This document shows, piece by piece, positions 50,075 to 64,000 of a DNA stretch of 64,000 nucleotides. Source of the DNA: Marsupella aquatica. Its lineage: Eukaryota; Plantae; Marchantiophyta. The DNA is taken from positions 744,001-808,000 of the forward strand of contig OZ316896.1 in the NCBI GenBank assembly GCA_973895155.1, given 5' to 3'. The notes beneath the pieces are model-generated. The model had not been told where the DNA came from, did not search any database, and was given only the letters and a program-made list of their open reading frames with translations. Within the stretch, counting starts at the first letter, position 1; each line of letters starts with the position of its first letter. Position numbers and translations under genes: made by a program.

Positions 50075-50169
50075 TTCCTCGGTTCCGCGGAATTCGGGTC
50101 TCCTCTGTTTCCTGATTTCCTCTGTTCCGCGGAATTCGGGTCTCCTCTGTTTCATGATTTCCTCTGTTC
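50075..50169 (+). repeat. 42-bp tandem repeat (x2.3) with palindrome TTCCGCGGAA near the presumed EDRF1 TSS
   Basis: ttcctc(g/t)gttccgcggaattcgggtctcctctgtttc(c/a)tgat occurs at 50075 and 50117. Confidence 0.9.
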
Positions 50170-51125
50170 TCGACTTTCCGCTTCTCTGACTCCTGCTCTT
50201 CTCCAGCTGTTCTCTCGACTCTCTCCTCTAGCCTCCTCTCAGGAGCTTCTCTTCTCTTCTCTTCTTACGCGTGGCTTTTCCTTGGTGGGCTGGCGGATGG
50301 ATGGCTGGCAACACCACCGCCTTCTCGATCGAAACCGAGCTGGAAGAGTAGCAGGAATTTGGGACATCTCGGATTCGGGCTATGCTCATGCGGCCGCGGC
50401 TGCTGGGACCGGTAGTGCAGAGGTGGAGGTGGCAAAGTGTTGGCACAACAAGGTGGTGGCTCAAAAGCTGCAATTCTTGTGGGCCATTTTTTCTTCCTTG
50501 TCTTCATTGGCCTTTTCACTGCAGGAGGGGTTTAGCGTCCGGGAGCTTGGCTTGGCTGGGAACAGGAACAACGACGAGTGAATGAATTACTTCCAGCTCC
50601 GTGTTGGGATTGGAGTACTGCAGGGATCCGCCTGCAGTGGTCTTATCGGTGGACTCGGATTCGATCAATTTGGTAATTGAGGAGAGGAGAGCTCTCGTCG
50701 TCGTATTGTAATTTGAATTGAACTGTGGTTTAGGTGGATTTATCCTGGATTGGCTTTGGTGGTGCCCGGCGGATGGTGGATAGATTTAAAGGTTATAGGA
50801 AGGAACGGGAGGTAGTTTTGAACAGAAGAATTGTGGGAAATAGTCTAAGAGAGGGGCTTGTGGGTAAGTGGATGGATCGAGAGCTCGCAGGAACTGGCAG
50901 AAGAACGTTTTGACGAAAACCGCGAAGCCAAGTAGCAGATGATGGATGGATTGAGAGCTCACAGGAAGTAACGGCATAAGGTTTTCACACGTAGAATTGT
51001 GGAAAACACTATACGGTAGGGAAGGGAAGGGCAGGGAGGGGAGGGATTTTTGTGGAGATTATGAGCATTCGGCCGGTGGCTGGTTTAGGGTGATTAGAGA
51101 AGGTGTTTTGTGTTCGTTTGAGGAG

Positions 51126-54100
51126 ATGGAGTCAGCCAGTATGGCAGCAGAGCAGCACGGGGAGGTATGGCCCGTGCAAACGCATCAACCGGATCAATTA
51201 CAGCTAGGGCAAGTGCAGGTTCTTCTGCCGGATGCATTCGTGGCCAGCATAAAGTTGCAGCCTCCAGATCCTGTCAATCTCGGATTCATGTGCGGCAGCC
51301 TCCCCGTGCCCACTTTCAACCCTTCGGACATCTGCACCAGTAGTGAGGCGGCTCTCATCCCTGCCTTCGGCTTGCAGGGCCAAAGGTTTGCGCTCTCTTT
51401 CATTCCTGCAAAAATCTTCTCCACAGTCTTCAGAGAATCAATACAGTCGTCAATCCTGGCGTTTTATTGGGAGATTGCTCATTATCTATATTCACAACCT
51501 CTGTGATGAAAGTGCATCTATTGCCTTTTTCAAGTACCGTAGCTGGTTGGCTGAGTCCTCACTCCCAAATTATTTAAATCATATGAATCCGTTCACTCTG
51601 GATGCCATGGAGATTGTCAATTGTAATCCCGAGAATATAGAGTTCGAAGCGAGGAAGGTCTTTTATTTTTCTCGTTTTACAGTCGCCCACAAAAATCTGG
51701 CTGGCTTTTAAGCAGTTGGAGGGTTTCCCTCATTTTACTTGTCATAATTTAGATCAATTAGCCCACGGCAAAGCCAAGGAGATTGTGAACTATAATCTAT
51801 CCGAAATGGAAGCTATCTATTGATGCAAGGTGGTCCCCTTTGCCAGTGGGTGCGGAACCCAACTCAGGTAGCCTGAAATGAATGACCATAGAGTGTTGAG
51901 ATTGTGCAGGGCGGCAGCTCCGCGCTATCGAGTTTTACCCACAGAAACAGATCTCAACTTGCCACCCTCCACAAGCTTCCAGGCAGAGCCAAATTTCCCA
52001 GTCTCTGCCACTCAGGAAGCAGCGGGTGACTACCGTAAACTTGGGATATAGTCATGTTTTTGCACTTTATTAGTGAAAGTCAAATGAATGCGCATCATGC
52101 ACCACGGCAGATACGAGGTTCCATACTTGTCTGAAAGGGGCCGTTTTTTCGTCTGTAGGAGGTTTTGATTAATTTTGAAAAGTTTACCTACTTTTAACTG
52201 ACCCAGGGCAATTTAGCTTTGGCCGTCATTGCCTGTTATCGTGGCTTGCTCTCTTTGTTGGGTTAGGCCTGTATTATCATCTCACTTCTTGCTTTGAAAT
52301 TTTTCTTCTGAATATTTGGTTGGGTATTCAAGCCGCTCCCCTTTCTGCTTGTCGAGTAAACCTGACTGAAAATTGATGTGTGCCATCTCGTTTCAAATGC
52401 CTGTGTCCCGACAACGAGAGAGATATTGATGCCGTGCAGACTGTTGACTGATCCTTTATTACTGTGCTTGTATCAGGATCGTGCAAAGCATGGGCCGGGA
52501 GCTATTTAAGTCAACCTCTCTCGAGGAAATGCGAAGCTCTTGCAGTCAATGCTCTGGCTGGATATGGCGATGAAATTGATGTCGTGGCTCCCGTTGATAT
52601 TCTGAAGCAGCTCTTCAAAATTCCATATTGCAAAGCTCGTCTCTCTTTGGCGGTCCATCGAATTGGTCACACCCTTATTTTGAACAGTGGGTATGTTTCA
52701 TCCATTTCCTCTTTTTCTCCGGGCCTTCTTTTGCTTTTCGGTTGATTTGTTCTTTTATTTTTCTCTTGTCCTTTTTTTGGCTAGTTGTTGGTGGGCGGGG
52801 GCAGAAGACTCGTGTGCTTACGGTAAGTTGTTACATATTGATCTACTGGGGTTTATTCATGGCAGGCCAGATCAAAATGACCGACCAGGTGGAAAGCTCC
52901 CTAGCCAGAAAAAAAGTCATGCACAGATGATGGAAAGAGCTCTGTTTTCGAAGTTCGTTCAGCATTCAATGAATGGAGATGTCTCTCCTCCCGACTCTGA
53001 TTCGCAAAGCTCTTCCAGCAATTTTGGCTTTGAAGAGTTGGATGACCATGAGCTGCAGCAGCGTTCAAGGCCAAGGATGGGATCGCATCATAAGGGAAAA
53101 GCTAGTAGGGTGTCTTTGGGTCATTACAGGCACAACAGATGTAGAGGGCGATTTGAAGCAGTTCAGAAGAAAAGGTATGCAGGTGAGCAGCAAAGAGAGA
53201 CGGAATTTGTCCCAAATGAGTGTCCTGCTGATGGGCCACAAAGGCCTCATGACAATTACCTAAGGGTTCTGTTCTGGCAATTTGAGAACTTACGAATGCT
53301 TTTGGGGAGTGATCTCCTCTTATTCAGCAATGAGAACCATTCCGCTGTGAGCTTACATCTCATAGAAATTGAGCGCCAGGTAGGGATACGTCACCGTCAA
53401 CCAATATTTGTTTTCCTTGTTTGTACGGGAAGTTTTCTAATGGAACCGGTAAATTTATCAGAATGATGGCATTTATGCTAAATCGCTCCTGGAAAATATT
53501 GCAGGTGACCCCTTTGATGTGGTTGGATGCCTGGCTCGACAATGTGATGGCCAGCGTACCAGAGTTGGCTGTGTGTTATCACAGAAATGGGGTCGTGCAA
53601 GGCTATGAGCTTCTGAAGACTGACGATATATTCCTCGTGAAGGGCCTCTCTGAGGACGGGAGTGCTTTCTTTCATCCACACGTAGTTCAAAAGAACGCGT
53701 CCACGGTATTGAGGTTCTTGCAAGATAATTGCAAGCAAGACCCTGGGACATATTGGGTACGATCGAGCCTCCTATCGCAAAGAAAATAGTATCCTCTTGG
53801 ATTGAGTAAACTGCATGGAAATTAAAGAAAACTCGTTAAGGGTATAAGCAAAAAATTTGTCAATTGCATCGTTACTTGTAAACGGTATATCGCAATCTAT
53901 CTCATCACTCCTGATGTTGCAGTAGCGCAATTGACCCATCTTTTAGCGTTTGTAAGGTTTTTACGCACGAGAGTTTATGCTTAGCTTGCCACGATGATAC
54001 TGGGGTTGTCAGATTGATGAGCAGGTACTACTGATCGAATTTTGAGGGTACTTAGAGCTGGTTTCTTAGTAACACAAAGCTGCGGACCTTGCAGCTTCTG

Positions 54101-57100
54101 AAGAATTCTGGAGAGGACCTAATGCAGCTTTTTGACCTGTCGGTCATCTCCAAGACTTGTGCACCCCACCATGCTGATAAAGATGAGAAAAGCGACGGCA
54201 CATTGCCTTCAACAAGAAACAGTTGCCGCGAGCATTATTCTTTGCCTCTGGCAATGCTTTTATATCGCCTCACTCATCGGCTCTCCCTTTCTCAGGTTTA
54301 CAAAAATTTGAACTATGGCGTTGTTTCTCAATATTAATGGAATTAATCACTTGGTTTCCTTGGCATAGACTGTTATGGATAACAGTGATGAACGTTTGCT
54401 GACCACAGGACCCAGCAGATAGGCGCAGGTGTGCCAATTTATTTGGCAAATGTCTCGAATTCATGAAAGAACAAGAGCATCTGGTATGAAATAGTTCATC
54501 GTGAATCGTATTCTTTTGAATTGGATATTTCATTCCTGATCTTTTTAGTATGTTCATAGCTGATTGCTAATGGAACTTTTGACCTTTCGTCTTGCGACTG
54601 GTATAGATCATCAGGGCCTCAGGATATGAGCATATGGCAAGGTTGATTCTCACGAGCTTCAAAGAAATTGGATCAATGCTTAATCCCCTCCTTCTAGAGT
54701 CAAGCGCCATAGACGGGACCGTTGTAAGTGAGACAAAGCAAGCAGTTCTCAAACTCCCTTTCTCTGAGGAGGAACCCACTGGAGTTGGACATAATGGGAT
54801 CTCAGCAAGCAACCGCATGCAAAAGTCAATTGGAAAGGATGTAAGCAATACCTGCTCTGCTGTAAGTGTTAATCCGTGTAACAATGGAGACACAGTGGCA
54901 CTCGAGACAAAAGTGGCTGAATGTAAGGTAGAGGATAGTGGCGGCTTGCTGCAAACATCTCTAAAATCAAGGACATCCCAGCAAGGGGGATTGGCTGTTG
55001 AGCAAGTTCTAGATTTGAGCAACAGCTGCCTGGAGTCTTACACTCCCAGAAACGATGTTAAGCGCAACAAGGCGCTTGGGTTTGTCTCAGCTGGGAACAA
55101 TTTACCAAAGACCTTGTTTGCTCTCAATGATCCCGTATCTGCTCGGCTAGCAGCAGTCCACCACATATCCCAAGCAATCAAAGCTCTCAGGTGGCAAAGG
55201 CAACTAGATGTTGGCGATCATCCAATTCGATCTGAAAGTACCCCATTGAAACATCCTTATCAAAGTCAGCAGTTCCCTCTTTGCATTTGTGGAGAGGTAG
55301 ATTGCAATGCAATTTGTGACTTCAGGGAAATAGCAGTTGGGGCCCAAATGGATCAAAAGCTTTGGGGACTCATGCTCCTTCTGGGCGAAGCATATCTTTC
55401 TCTGGCACAAGCATACAAGGACGAAGGGCAAGTCAGCCGGTCCTTGAAAGCGGCGGAGTTGGCATGTATGGTATGTGGTGCCATGCCTCTGGAGAACGAT
55501 AACTCCACAAATGACTCATTAGGAGGAGAAAAACTGAGAGAGACCGATCGGAACAACCTCACGAGATCTGAACAAAAGGCCAGAGGTAAACAACAAGGTC
55601 TGTTTTGGGGGCAAGTGTGGATGTTCGTTGGGGATGTTTACGTTGAGATTCAGCGCTCAGTGGGTGAAGGGAATGTCACGTCCCAGGAACAGGGGTCCTC
55701 ATTTCAGGAGTTGATAATGCCCCAAGAGGTAATGAAGGAGGTCAAACGTTTGAAGAAGAAAATTGGGCAGGTGAGAGGGAGTTGTGGGATGTGTAGTTTG
55801 ACAGGTTGTAGTTGTCAGAGTGACAGGGCCAGCAGTGGCGATAGTGCCAGTAGCTGCGACAGCAGTAGTTTCAACACCACTAAGTATGGACGGAAAGCTA
55901 ATAGGAAGGGGAATAATAAAAGTCAGCATAAGGATAGTGAAGACACTTTCACCGAATTGAAAAGTAGTATGGATGAATATGGGGGGAAAGAATGTTCAGG
56001 CCTTGGAAGGGACACCAATAAGAACGAGCTTGAGAAAGAGTCTGGAGTCCCTAATAGACTTGAAAGCCTTGGACGCACAGCTGCAAGCCTTTTACGAGCT
56101 GAATTTGAGATAAAACAGGTGTCAGGCACGGGCGATAGTGATCCCAATGATGTCTTTTCGTACTTAAGGCGGCCCATGACAGTTGACTGGGAAGCCAATC
56201 TCTCAGCTGCGGCGGAGTGTTATGCTACGGCCGTCATGGCTTTTCGTGGGTTTCCTGAATGCTCACGAGACCTGGAACTCACACTGCGGAAGAAAGGGTG
56301 GGCTTGCAACGAACTGGGCCGAAGGAGGCTTTCTCACGGTCAAATAAAGTCAGCTGAAGTTGCATTTGGCAATGCCATAGAAGCTTTCAGGGACGTGAAG
56401 GATGCGGTAAATGTTGTCCTCGTGCACTGCAATCTCGGTCACGGAAAAAGAGCAGCCGCGGAGACCTTGGCAGCAAAGTTATCCTCCTGGGAAGACTGTG
56501 ACTTTCTGACGTTATTTGTGCAAACCATTGCCGAAGCTAAGTTTCTGTATGGGGAGGCCTTGAAATTTTATGGTATGGCCAGATTAGAGCTATTGGGTGC
56601 GAAGGTTGAGGTAGGAGCGTCCCTGGGTGGGCTCTGGACTGAAGTGCATACACAACTGGCACACACATATCTCAGACTCGGCATGCTTTTGGCCAGGGAA
56701 GATAAGGTTGTTTATGCTGGCCAAATAAGTAATGCAGGAAAAAAGCCTTTGGGGAACAGGGAAAGTGGAGATAACAGAGCATCAAGAATGAAGGATGCAA
56801 CGCCCACAAAGGATGCCATCACGAAGGCTCTTGAACTCTACAAGTCCTTGGGAAGTTTGCGAGCACAAGAGGCTGCCTTTGCCCAGTATCAACTTGCTTG
56901 TCATCACCGGGATTCATGTCAAAGTTCTGCAATGCAGGCGGATGATATTGTGCTGAAGAAGGGGGAGACCTCCAGCCTTCAGAAGGCCAAACTGCATGCA
57001 TCGCTGGCAGAGCTTTACTGGCAAAAGGCCCTTGAATTTTATCAACCTAAGCCACATGCGGATATGTTCTTAGATATACTGATGGAGAGATCAGCACTCT

Positions 57101-57935
57101 GTCTCATGATGGCCACTTGTTTCCACCAAAATCAGGTGACTTATGGAAGCTCAGAAGTCATTAACTGTCCTCGTCTGCACGGGGTGTCCTTCTGCTCCTT
57201 CATTGTTTTCTAAAGAAGTTATGCAGCTTCTTCTCTCTTGTATGAGTATTATAATATTGTATTGCTAATGTTATGGAAAATGTTTTGTCATTTGCGTTAT
57301 TTGGCATGTTTGGTCAATGCAGAATGGGTTCTCAGAGATCTGAGGAGAGGGCGAATTAATAATCCGGTTTCTAAGAATTGGTTTTAGGTGTTTGGTCAGT
57401 CTTGAAATCTATTAGTTGGAGTAGAACTTCTCACACCAGATTAGAATGTATTTTAAACGTTGTAGAAGCATCCGCTGGAATCTACTATGGATATTTCTGT
57501 CTGACTCGTTGACCATCTTCTGCACAGATGATGGAGCAAGCTCTCAATTTTTTGCTTGAAGGGAGGCGGGCATTCGTATCTGACACAATAGATTGCTCGA
57601 ATGATAACACACTACAATGGGAAGAGGAGGAAACTCATGCAAAGCCTTCTGCACAAGTCATTGACAAGCTAACTAGGCAAGTCCAGATGTTGCTGAAGAC
57701 CATGTTATCTGCTGCTGTACAGTCGAACAAGCCATCCTCGAGCATCGCCAATCTTAACAGAGCTCATAGAGTCAATGATTCAATTTTTAATGGGGAAATG
57801 CCTGGCAGTCCGGCGAGAGCTAGTGATGTTGCCAAGCTCAAACAAATGTATAGAATTGCCTTGCAATCGCACGAGCCCAAGTTGGACTTGCTGTTCACGT
57901 TGTGGGTGGGTTCTATCGGGATAAGTAGAGATTGA
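51126..57935 (+). CDS. EDRF1: Erythroid differentiation-related factor 1 (EDRF1)-like large helical/TPR protein, 9 exons
   Basis: Exons are approximately 51126-51385, 51909-52025, 52477-52690, 52866-53379, 53505-53756, 54095-54295, 54409-54483, 54607-57135 and 57528-57935. Plant EDRF1-family segments include GFMCGSLPVP, APRYRVLPTETDLNLPP, YGDEIDVVAP, LFWQF..RMLLGSDLLLFSN and WLDAWLDNVMASVPELAVCYH.NGVVQGYELLKTDDI. Confidence 0.87.
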
Positions 57936-59934
57936 TGCTGGTCTAATGACCTTAGCGTCATACATGAGAGGTTATTATTACACTGTAATTTGACATTCCT
58001 AGAACAGAACAATTTTGCACTTTAGATATATGGTGCACATGCATTGTTCCCAATGGATGGAGAGGACAATGCAGTCACCCTGTTCTGAACAGAACGTTAC
58101 CCCTACTCCGGGTAGCATACTCTCAAATTAGATTCATGGACGTTCTCATGTTTTATGTGGCCCATGGAAAATGCATCGTATGTAGTGAACATTTCTTGGG
58201 CACAAACTTCCTCTTTTGAAGTTGCGGTCTACATCGAGTTTTTATGTACCAACCTGAGTTGCAACAAGAGATTGCTAACAAATCTGCAATGGCCCAACTG
58301 ACAGATCTGGTTTGGATAAACGGAGTCTGATTCGGATAAAGGCATCTACTAAGAGGTGATTTGGTGGGATTGCATTTAGTCGCCTTCATTAGACTCATAC
58401 AGGACGGCAGTGGCCGGGATTAATTCCAGTCGGCCCTCACCTGGTCGTAGCAGGCCTATTATATCGTCGACGAAGAGGTCACACGTGACTCGTGCTGTAG
58501 CAAGATTCCCACACTCCGTTTCCATGATTTTCTTTCACGATAGTGGTCATACAGGCAGCGTCTGAACGTAACGCTCTACTGAATCTTTCTCGAATCGAAT
58601 CCATCATGCACTATTCTGCCTGCCCGGTCCGAATTCATGAACCCCTCTGTTTTTGGGCATTATAGCCCACAATGCCTTGAAAACAGGGGATTACTACATA
58701 CTAAAACGATCCATAAGAATGAGCACTCAAGCGTCCGATAAGTCAAATGAATCGCCAGATGGAGGAATTATCACTCTTAAAACGTTACACATTTCGTGGA
58801 CCAATCGCTGGAGAAAAGAATACGAAAGTGATGCCCGTCTTATTCTAGAAGTACATTCGCTTTCACAATGTTCGAGGTATCACAGGAAACCAATTTCTCG
58901 AGTATCCCTTTGAAAAAAACGCCCTGTAACTTAATACACCGAGCAGGCTTTATTGGTAGAGTTACTTTTGGCTGTCGAGTTACTTGCGGCAGGATACGAG
59001 GTTTCAAGCAAACTTGCTTGTGAACATAGCCAATAACAAGAGCCGTAGTAGCAGATAATCGGACGCTGACCCCACCCCAATCCACGGAGAGGAGTAACCT
59101 GCAACAGCATCACCCGTGTTTGAGCTCTCATCTTTTCGAAGGGAAGAGAACTACAACATGCAACTGAATGAGGTCTGTCTTCCCTAGTCACAATTGCATT
59201 AGTATACCCCTTCAGCATGCAAGTGTATGGCGTCTGTCCTTCCCAGTCAACATACATCAGCAAGACAATCCCCAACTCCAGACAAACATTAATGCACCAT
59301 TCATGGGAATTTTTTAGAAAATTTTACGTTATGGTGTTCCTCTTACATAGTTTCAGGGATTGAACATACAAAGGTCGACCCTGGCTAATATTTCCGTGGA
59401 GCTTGTAAAATTCTGAAGAAAGTGACGAACAGAGAATGCAGTCAAGGTCACGGTCATTTAAATAACAGGATGTGAGGCAAAACTAAAGCCGTTTGTTTAC
59501 ACTGCTTTAACACGGTATCGGGCGGCACTTGACCTACCCAGGGGCTTCACTATGAAAAACTATCACGAATTTGGTGAGTTACCTCGTCTTATTCCATAAT
59601 TTTGCACATTTGTATTTCACCCATGCCAGAGGGAAGTTCTACAATGAATCATGTACTGCAAACAATTCAAGTTGCAGAGGAAACAGGACAACAGGTTTGA
59701 CAATTCTATGAACAAATCTGACTCTGTTCCCAACCAAAGTAGCCCGCGCTATTACTTCCAAACTTTGGTACATCTTGGCCGCATGTGCTGGACGCTTTCA
59801 AAGAGCATTAAATACGTACTGCAAAACTCATGTACAGGAAATACCACAGAGCCTTTCATGCGAATCTGAGGGATTCTTCTACTTTGGCTCCATATTCCTT
59901 GTGGAGCGAACTTTCTTGGGGCACGAGAAAGCCA

Positions 59935-62900
59935 CTAGTCATCAATGTCCTTTAACGCCTCCTGAACATGGAAATTCACAGTTGGCCATGAGTTGACAGC
60001 TATCCACACATCGATGCACAGAAGACGAAATGCCAATTTGAATTACACCAACCGAGGGGTAAACAAGAAAAGTCTATACCTTCAGGCAAGTTAAGGAAAT
60101 TACTCACCTTAGCAATGCCTGTGACATAAGTTGCTGCAAAAATGGTCACTGCAAGGCCCAGTCCAAGAGTCCACCATTGCTCAGGTCCTCCTGAGAAGAT
60201 TGGGTCGTTCTCCGATTGCTGAACTCCCCTCACATAGAACAGACGATCAGAATCAGACCCTAGCAAAACTTGCACGCAACAATGCATTTGCACGGAAGGG
60301 AATCAATAAAGCCCTGGAGCCTTCGGCCTACAGGCAGAAGGCATTTCTCAACTACTTCATTAGCACAAAGACCCGGATGGTTTTCTCGACTTACACTAAT
60401 GAACGACCGGCTAATCGCACCCGCACTGACATAAGCCCATGATCCAGGGAGCATTCCCAGCCAGCTGTGATGCAACAATATTGGATAACATGATTAGTAA
60501 ATTGTCCACGGGCAGCCTGTCCAACAGCAAGAACAATCACGGATCTGAAATTTGTGAAAGTTGACAGATTTATTGGGCATACATAAGACAGAACAAAAAT
60601 AGCTGGTCGTGCCTAATGGAAAGCATAGAAAAGTATACCTTCCCAAGATATAGGGTCCAAGTTTGACGGAGGTTAAACCATACAAATAATTGCCCAGGGA
60701 GAAGGGAAGTAAAGGGCTCAGCCTCAAGAGGGTCACCACTCGAAATCCATCATCTCCAATTGCTTTATCGATGGCCAAAAACTTTTTATTTCCCTTGGCG
60801 AAGGCTATTAAACGATCCCGTGCTAAGTATCTTGCGATGAGGAATGCACCTGTTGCTGCGATCTGTTTATTCAAGCCAGCCCACGTGAGTGAACTGTGAG
60901 CTGCACGCGTCACGATCTTAGCGTAGGAACACTTTGCAAAATATGGTTCTACTTACTCTACTTCTCCGAGAAAATTAGCCAATCTAACTATTGCCTGGGA
61001 CATTGCAAAGCTGGACAAATGGAACTGCTTTCAAATCCACGATCAGATATGAGCATACCGTGCCCGCAATAGAGACAATGATAGTTCCCATTGCAGCCCC
61101 AAAGAGCAAACCTGCAGACATTGTCAGGGGAATGGCTGGAATCGCCAGTAGCTGTTCAAGCAAACACCGAGATATCAGTATACATGCTTGCAACATGCCG
61201 CGCAAAGAAATTCTTGCTCACAGCTCTACTGTTTCCCCATAAATAATAGACTACCGCTGCCATCGAGTTTAAATATCTACTTCTTTGGGTCCAGCTCAAA
61301 TTTTCTCCTTAGGTTACCATAAGGCCGACCGTATTCTCATTCAAACAGTGACTTTCTGAATTCAAGTTTGTCATGCTTTTAACAATGGCTCTCATTCTAA
61401 GCCGACGTCTGCATACGTCGCTGGCTTCCCTTAGAACGAAATCACGAAGCTGATTCTCTTGCAGTATACCTCCAAACCCGCATAAACAAGTACAAATAGG
61501 CCATAGCCAGCAGGTCCATATCCTGTTCAACATAAAGTAACGTCAGCCACCTTTCCCTTGGCAAACTCATCATGTGTAAAAAAGCTTTTAGATATCAACA
61601 CCCAGACACGTGAACTTCTTTTCGATCATTACTGAACAAAAAACGGTACTACCGATACTATTAGCAATCTTGATGGCTGCCTCTTCTAAATTCCAAAGTG
61701 GATCAGAGAGAGCTTAGTGCTTCTGAATTTGTTTCTATTGAGTTTTTGGCATTGTCTCGTTCCCACTTCCCCTCCAAGGAGGCAGCGGCATAAATAAAAC
61801 TATGCTCAATTTTCTGTTTCTATATTTTTCCAACGGAAGAGTACTACTCTTTTGCATTCAACGAAACTTGGGACAGCCCAACTATAGGTCTCGAAGATTC
61901 TTGGAAAGCGAAAGGAAGTGCCTCTTATCATATTCAACTGAGTGAACCGAACCCTGGTCGAGTACAAAAACTAAAGACTCCGTGAATTGCCTCAGTCACT
62001 ACAAAGTAAAGGAAGGGAATCAATTGCCAAACTTGCTCGTCTGCCGTCCGGATTCCTATCAAGCTCTCATGCGTAAGAGCGTTAATTTGAGTCGTTCCCT
62101 TGAATGGTTACGCATCTCCTGCTAAAATCGACGAAGAAAACACTGTAAAAAGTTCTCGGATGACCTCTGCAGGGGTCGAGTGAACGAGAGAGTTACCTTC
62201 TAAGAAATCCGAGAACTGGATGAGGAAGTCGTTCAGCTGGTCTTTATACAAGTAACCTACCGCTCCGAATCCGCCCAATAGAATAACGAAACCTAAACCG
62301 GCTGCAACCGTCCCTATGGCCGCTGTGTTGCCGAATCCACCATCACCCTTCTCCGTGGCAACAACAGGGCTCACTTCCTCCGATGCCAAGGAATCTGTTT
62401 TCAAAACCCCCTCCTTCTCAGAGAGAAGATCCTTTTCTTCCGCAAGCTCTCCGCTTTGACTCCCACTCTCATTATCCCCTTGCTCGTCTCCGCTTCTCGT
62501 GATGGTCAATCTTTGGCGTGAAGCTTCTGCAGGATCCGTCAGGACGTCCCTACTACTGTCCTTCGCTGAGGACGCTTTCCATCGCGTTTCTCCTTTCTGA
62601 TCACTAGTCCAAATCCTACCCCACTCTCCAAACCCAAACCCATTACGACCCTTCTTCTTATGCAATATTGATGATGATGATGATATAAGCCTTCCTGTGT
62701 AGATATGAAGTTTTCCTCTTCCTCCAGCTGCACCTGCTGCTACTGGCGCTGCTTGAGAACAAAACGATGAAGCAATTGCTGAACAGAAATTTACTGATCG
62801 AATTGCTTCAGGCGGAGCCAACGACGAGGCTGATGTAGAGGCGATCATTGTGGCCGAACCAGCCTCGCACTTGCACTTGCGGCGACTCACATCACTCTTA

Positions 62901-63025
62901 AATCGGCAATTTAGAGCACCAGAAGGATAAGCAGGGGGAGAAGAACATGAAGAAGAAGCTGAAGAAGGTGAAAGAGATGGATAAGTGGGAGAAAAGCCTG
63001 ATGGCAGACCCAAGACCACGGCCAT
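59935..63025 (-). CDS. TVP38/TMEM64 (SNARE-associated Golgi protein, DedA) family membrane protein, probably plastid-targeted, 7 exons
   Basis: ATG at 63025 followed by a Ser-rich transit-peptide-like N-terminus. Family segments include YGPAGYGLFVLVYAGLE, LAIPAIPLTMSAGLLFG, AFLIARY, GFRVVTLLRLSPLLPFSLGNYLYGLT and SWLGMLPGSWAYVSAG. The last exon reads EALKDIDD* (stop 59935-59937). Confidence 0.9.
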
Positions 63026-64000
63026 AAATCCGAATCAAAGATTAACCCCTCAATGCAACACTCACGGCAGGTTGCCCGCTTTTCTAGGCTCTTTCCACAG
63101 ACCCACACCCAAATCTAGCTCCAGAGAGTCTTACAACCAAATTCTCTTCCCTTCCCCTCGATACGATACGACACAGCAGAGCTTGCAGGCAGACGGCAGC
63201 CCACTGCCATAAATCCAAATCAGTCAATCAATCGCCCACCTCGCCAATGTAACGTTCATGGCCAATTGACCACTCCTCTACGATCTTTCCACAGACCGAC
63301 ACGCAAATCCAGCTGCAAAGCTTCCGGTTCTTGCCAAATCGTCGTCCTCCTCCGTGTGGTCACGTGCCCATCGTTCCAATTACACTCTCCACTTTTTCCA
63401 CTTCGTTCCAGTCCGTAACTTTGAAGTAGTAGCCTATGGACATAGCTCACAATCTGCAAACAAAGGCATATGCCGGTCAGGATTCGGCTCCTGGCTATGC
63501 CTCCATGAATTGTGCCACCTCAAAAGCTATGAGCTCAAAAAACAAAGCGTGGGTGATTCTGCTGCAACGTGACGTCTGTGACATAGCTGAGGTTGTCACT
63601 GGGACTGTAACCCAGCGGACGATTGTTTTCGCTTTCGCAATTACGAGGTGACACTTGTAAAGTGGAGTGAGATCGCTTTTAGCTTTCGCGATTTCAATTG
63701 GACGCGATCGGAGGACAGGTGTCATACCTCAGATCCTACGATGCGGTACTCTTGCCATCCATGCAGAGGACCGGTCCTCCGCCACTGACGGCGGTCTACA
63801 TGCCCGACCAGAGGTCTCGGGATGGAGAGACGATTTTTGTGGACGGCTGGGATTTAGGGGATTCAGAAGTGACCACGATGGCCAGGTCCCATTGGAGGAC
63901 GTGTAACACTCACCAATACCAAAAATCGAGACTTATGACATTGTCACTTTTGTTTATCGAAACATATATTTTGCCATTGTTTTTAGTTTAACTATTATTT

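Noticed and set aside
52385-52430. miR535-like sequence (gacaacgagagaga) in an EDRF1 intron, with a partial complement at ~12060
   Set aside because: The match is only partial and low-complexity, and there is no convincing precursor stem.
63250-64000. Additional gene at the right edge
   Set aside because: Only short ORFs without recognisable motifs or consistent splice signals are present, and the window ends before this can be resolved.

Overview
This is eukaryotic land-plant nuclear DNA, not prokaryotic. The compact GT-AG introns and long intron-containing 5' leaders suggest a bryophyte or liverwort, but that is inference only. Most short ORFs in the supplied track are artefacts of intron-split genes and GTG/TTG starts. 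I reconstructed six spliced genes by hand: ACX1-type peroxisomal acyl-CoA oxidase (+), a three-RRM hnRNP Q/R (LIF2-like) protein (-), a nuclear SHM6/7-type serine hydroxymethyltransferase (+), WDR75/UTP17 (-), an EDRF1-like protein (+) and a TVP38/TMEM64 (DedA) membrane protein (-). Intergenic DNA contains a decayed, apparently full-length ~7.1-kb L1-type LINE, a solo LTR with a 5-bp TSD, MITE-like foldbacks, a dispersed repeat and many short local tandem duplications. The signals least explained by these features are: (1) a ~1.45-kb tandem array of tRNA-like A-box/T-arm cassettes directly abutting the hnRNP Q promoter; (2) a putative 48-nt leader exon in the same gene that would add an out-of-frame uORF; (3) a perfect 20-bp hairpin in an unannotated transcript-like region; (4) a duplicated 5' splice site and an AUG-stop uORF in the SHMT gene. 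All coordinates were read by eye and no database searches were run.
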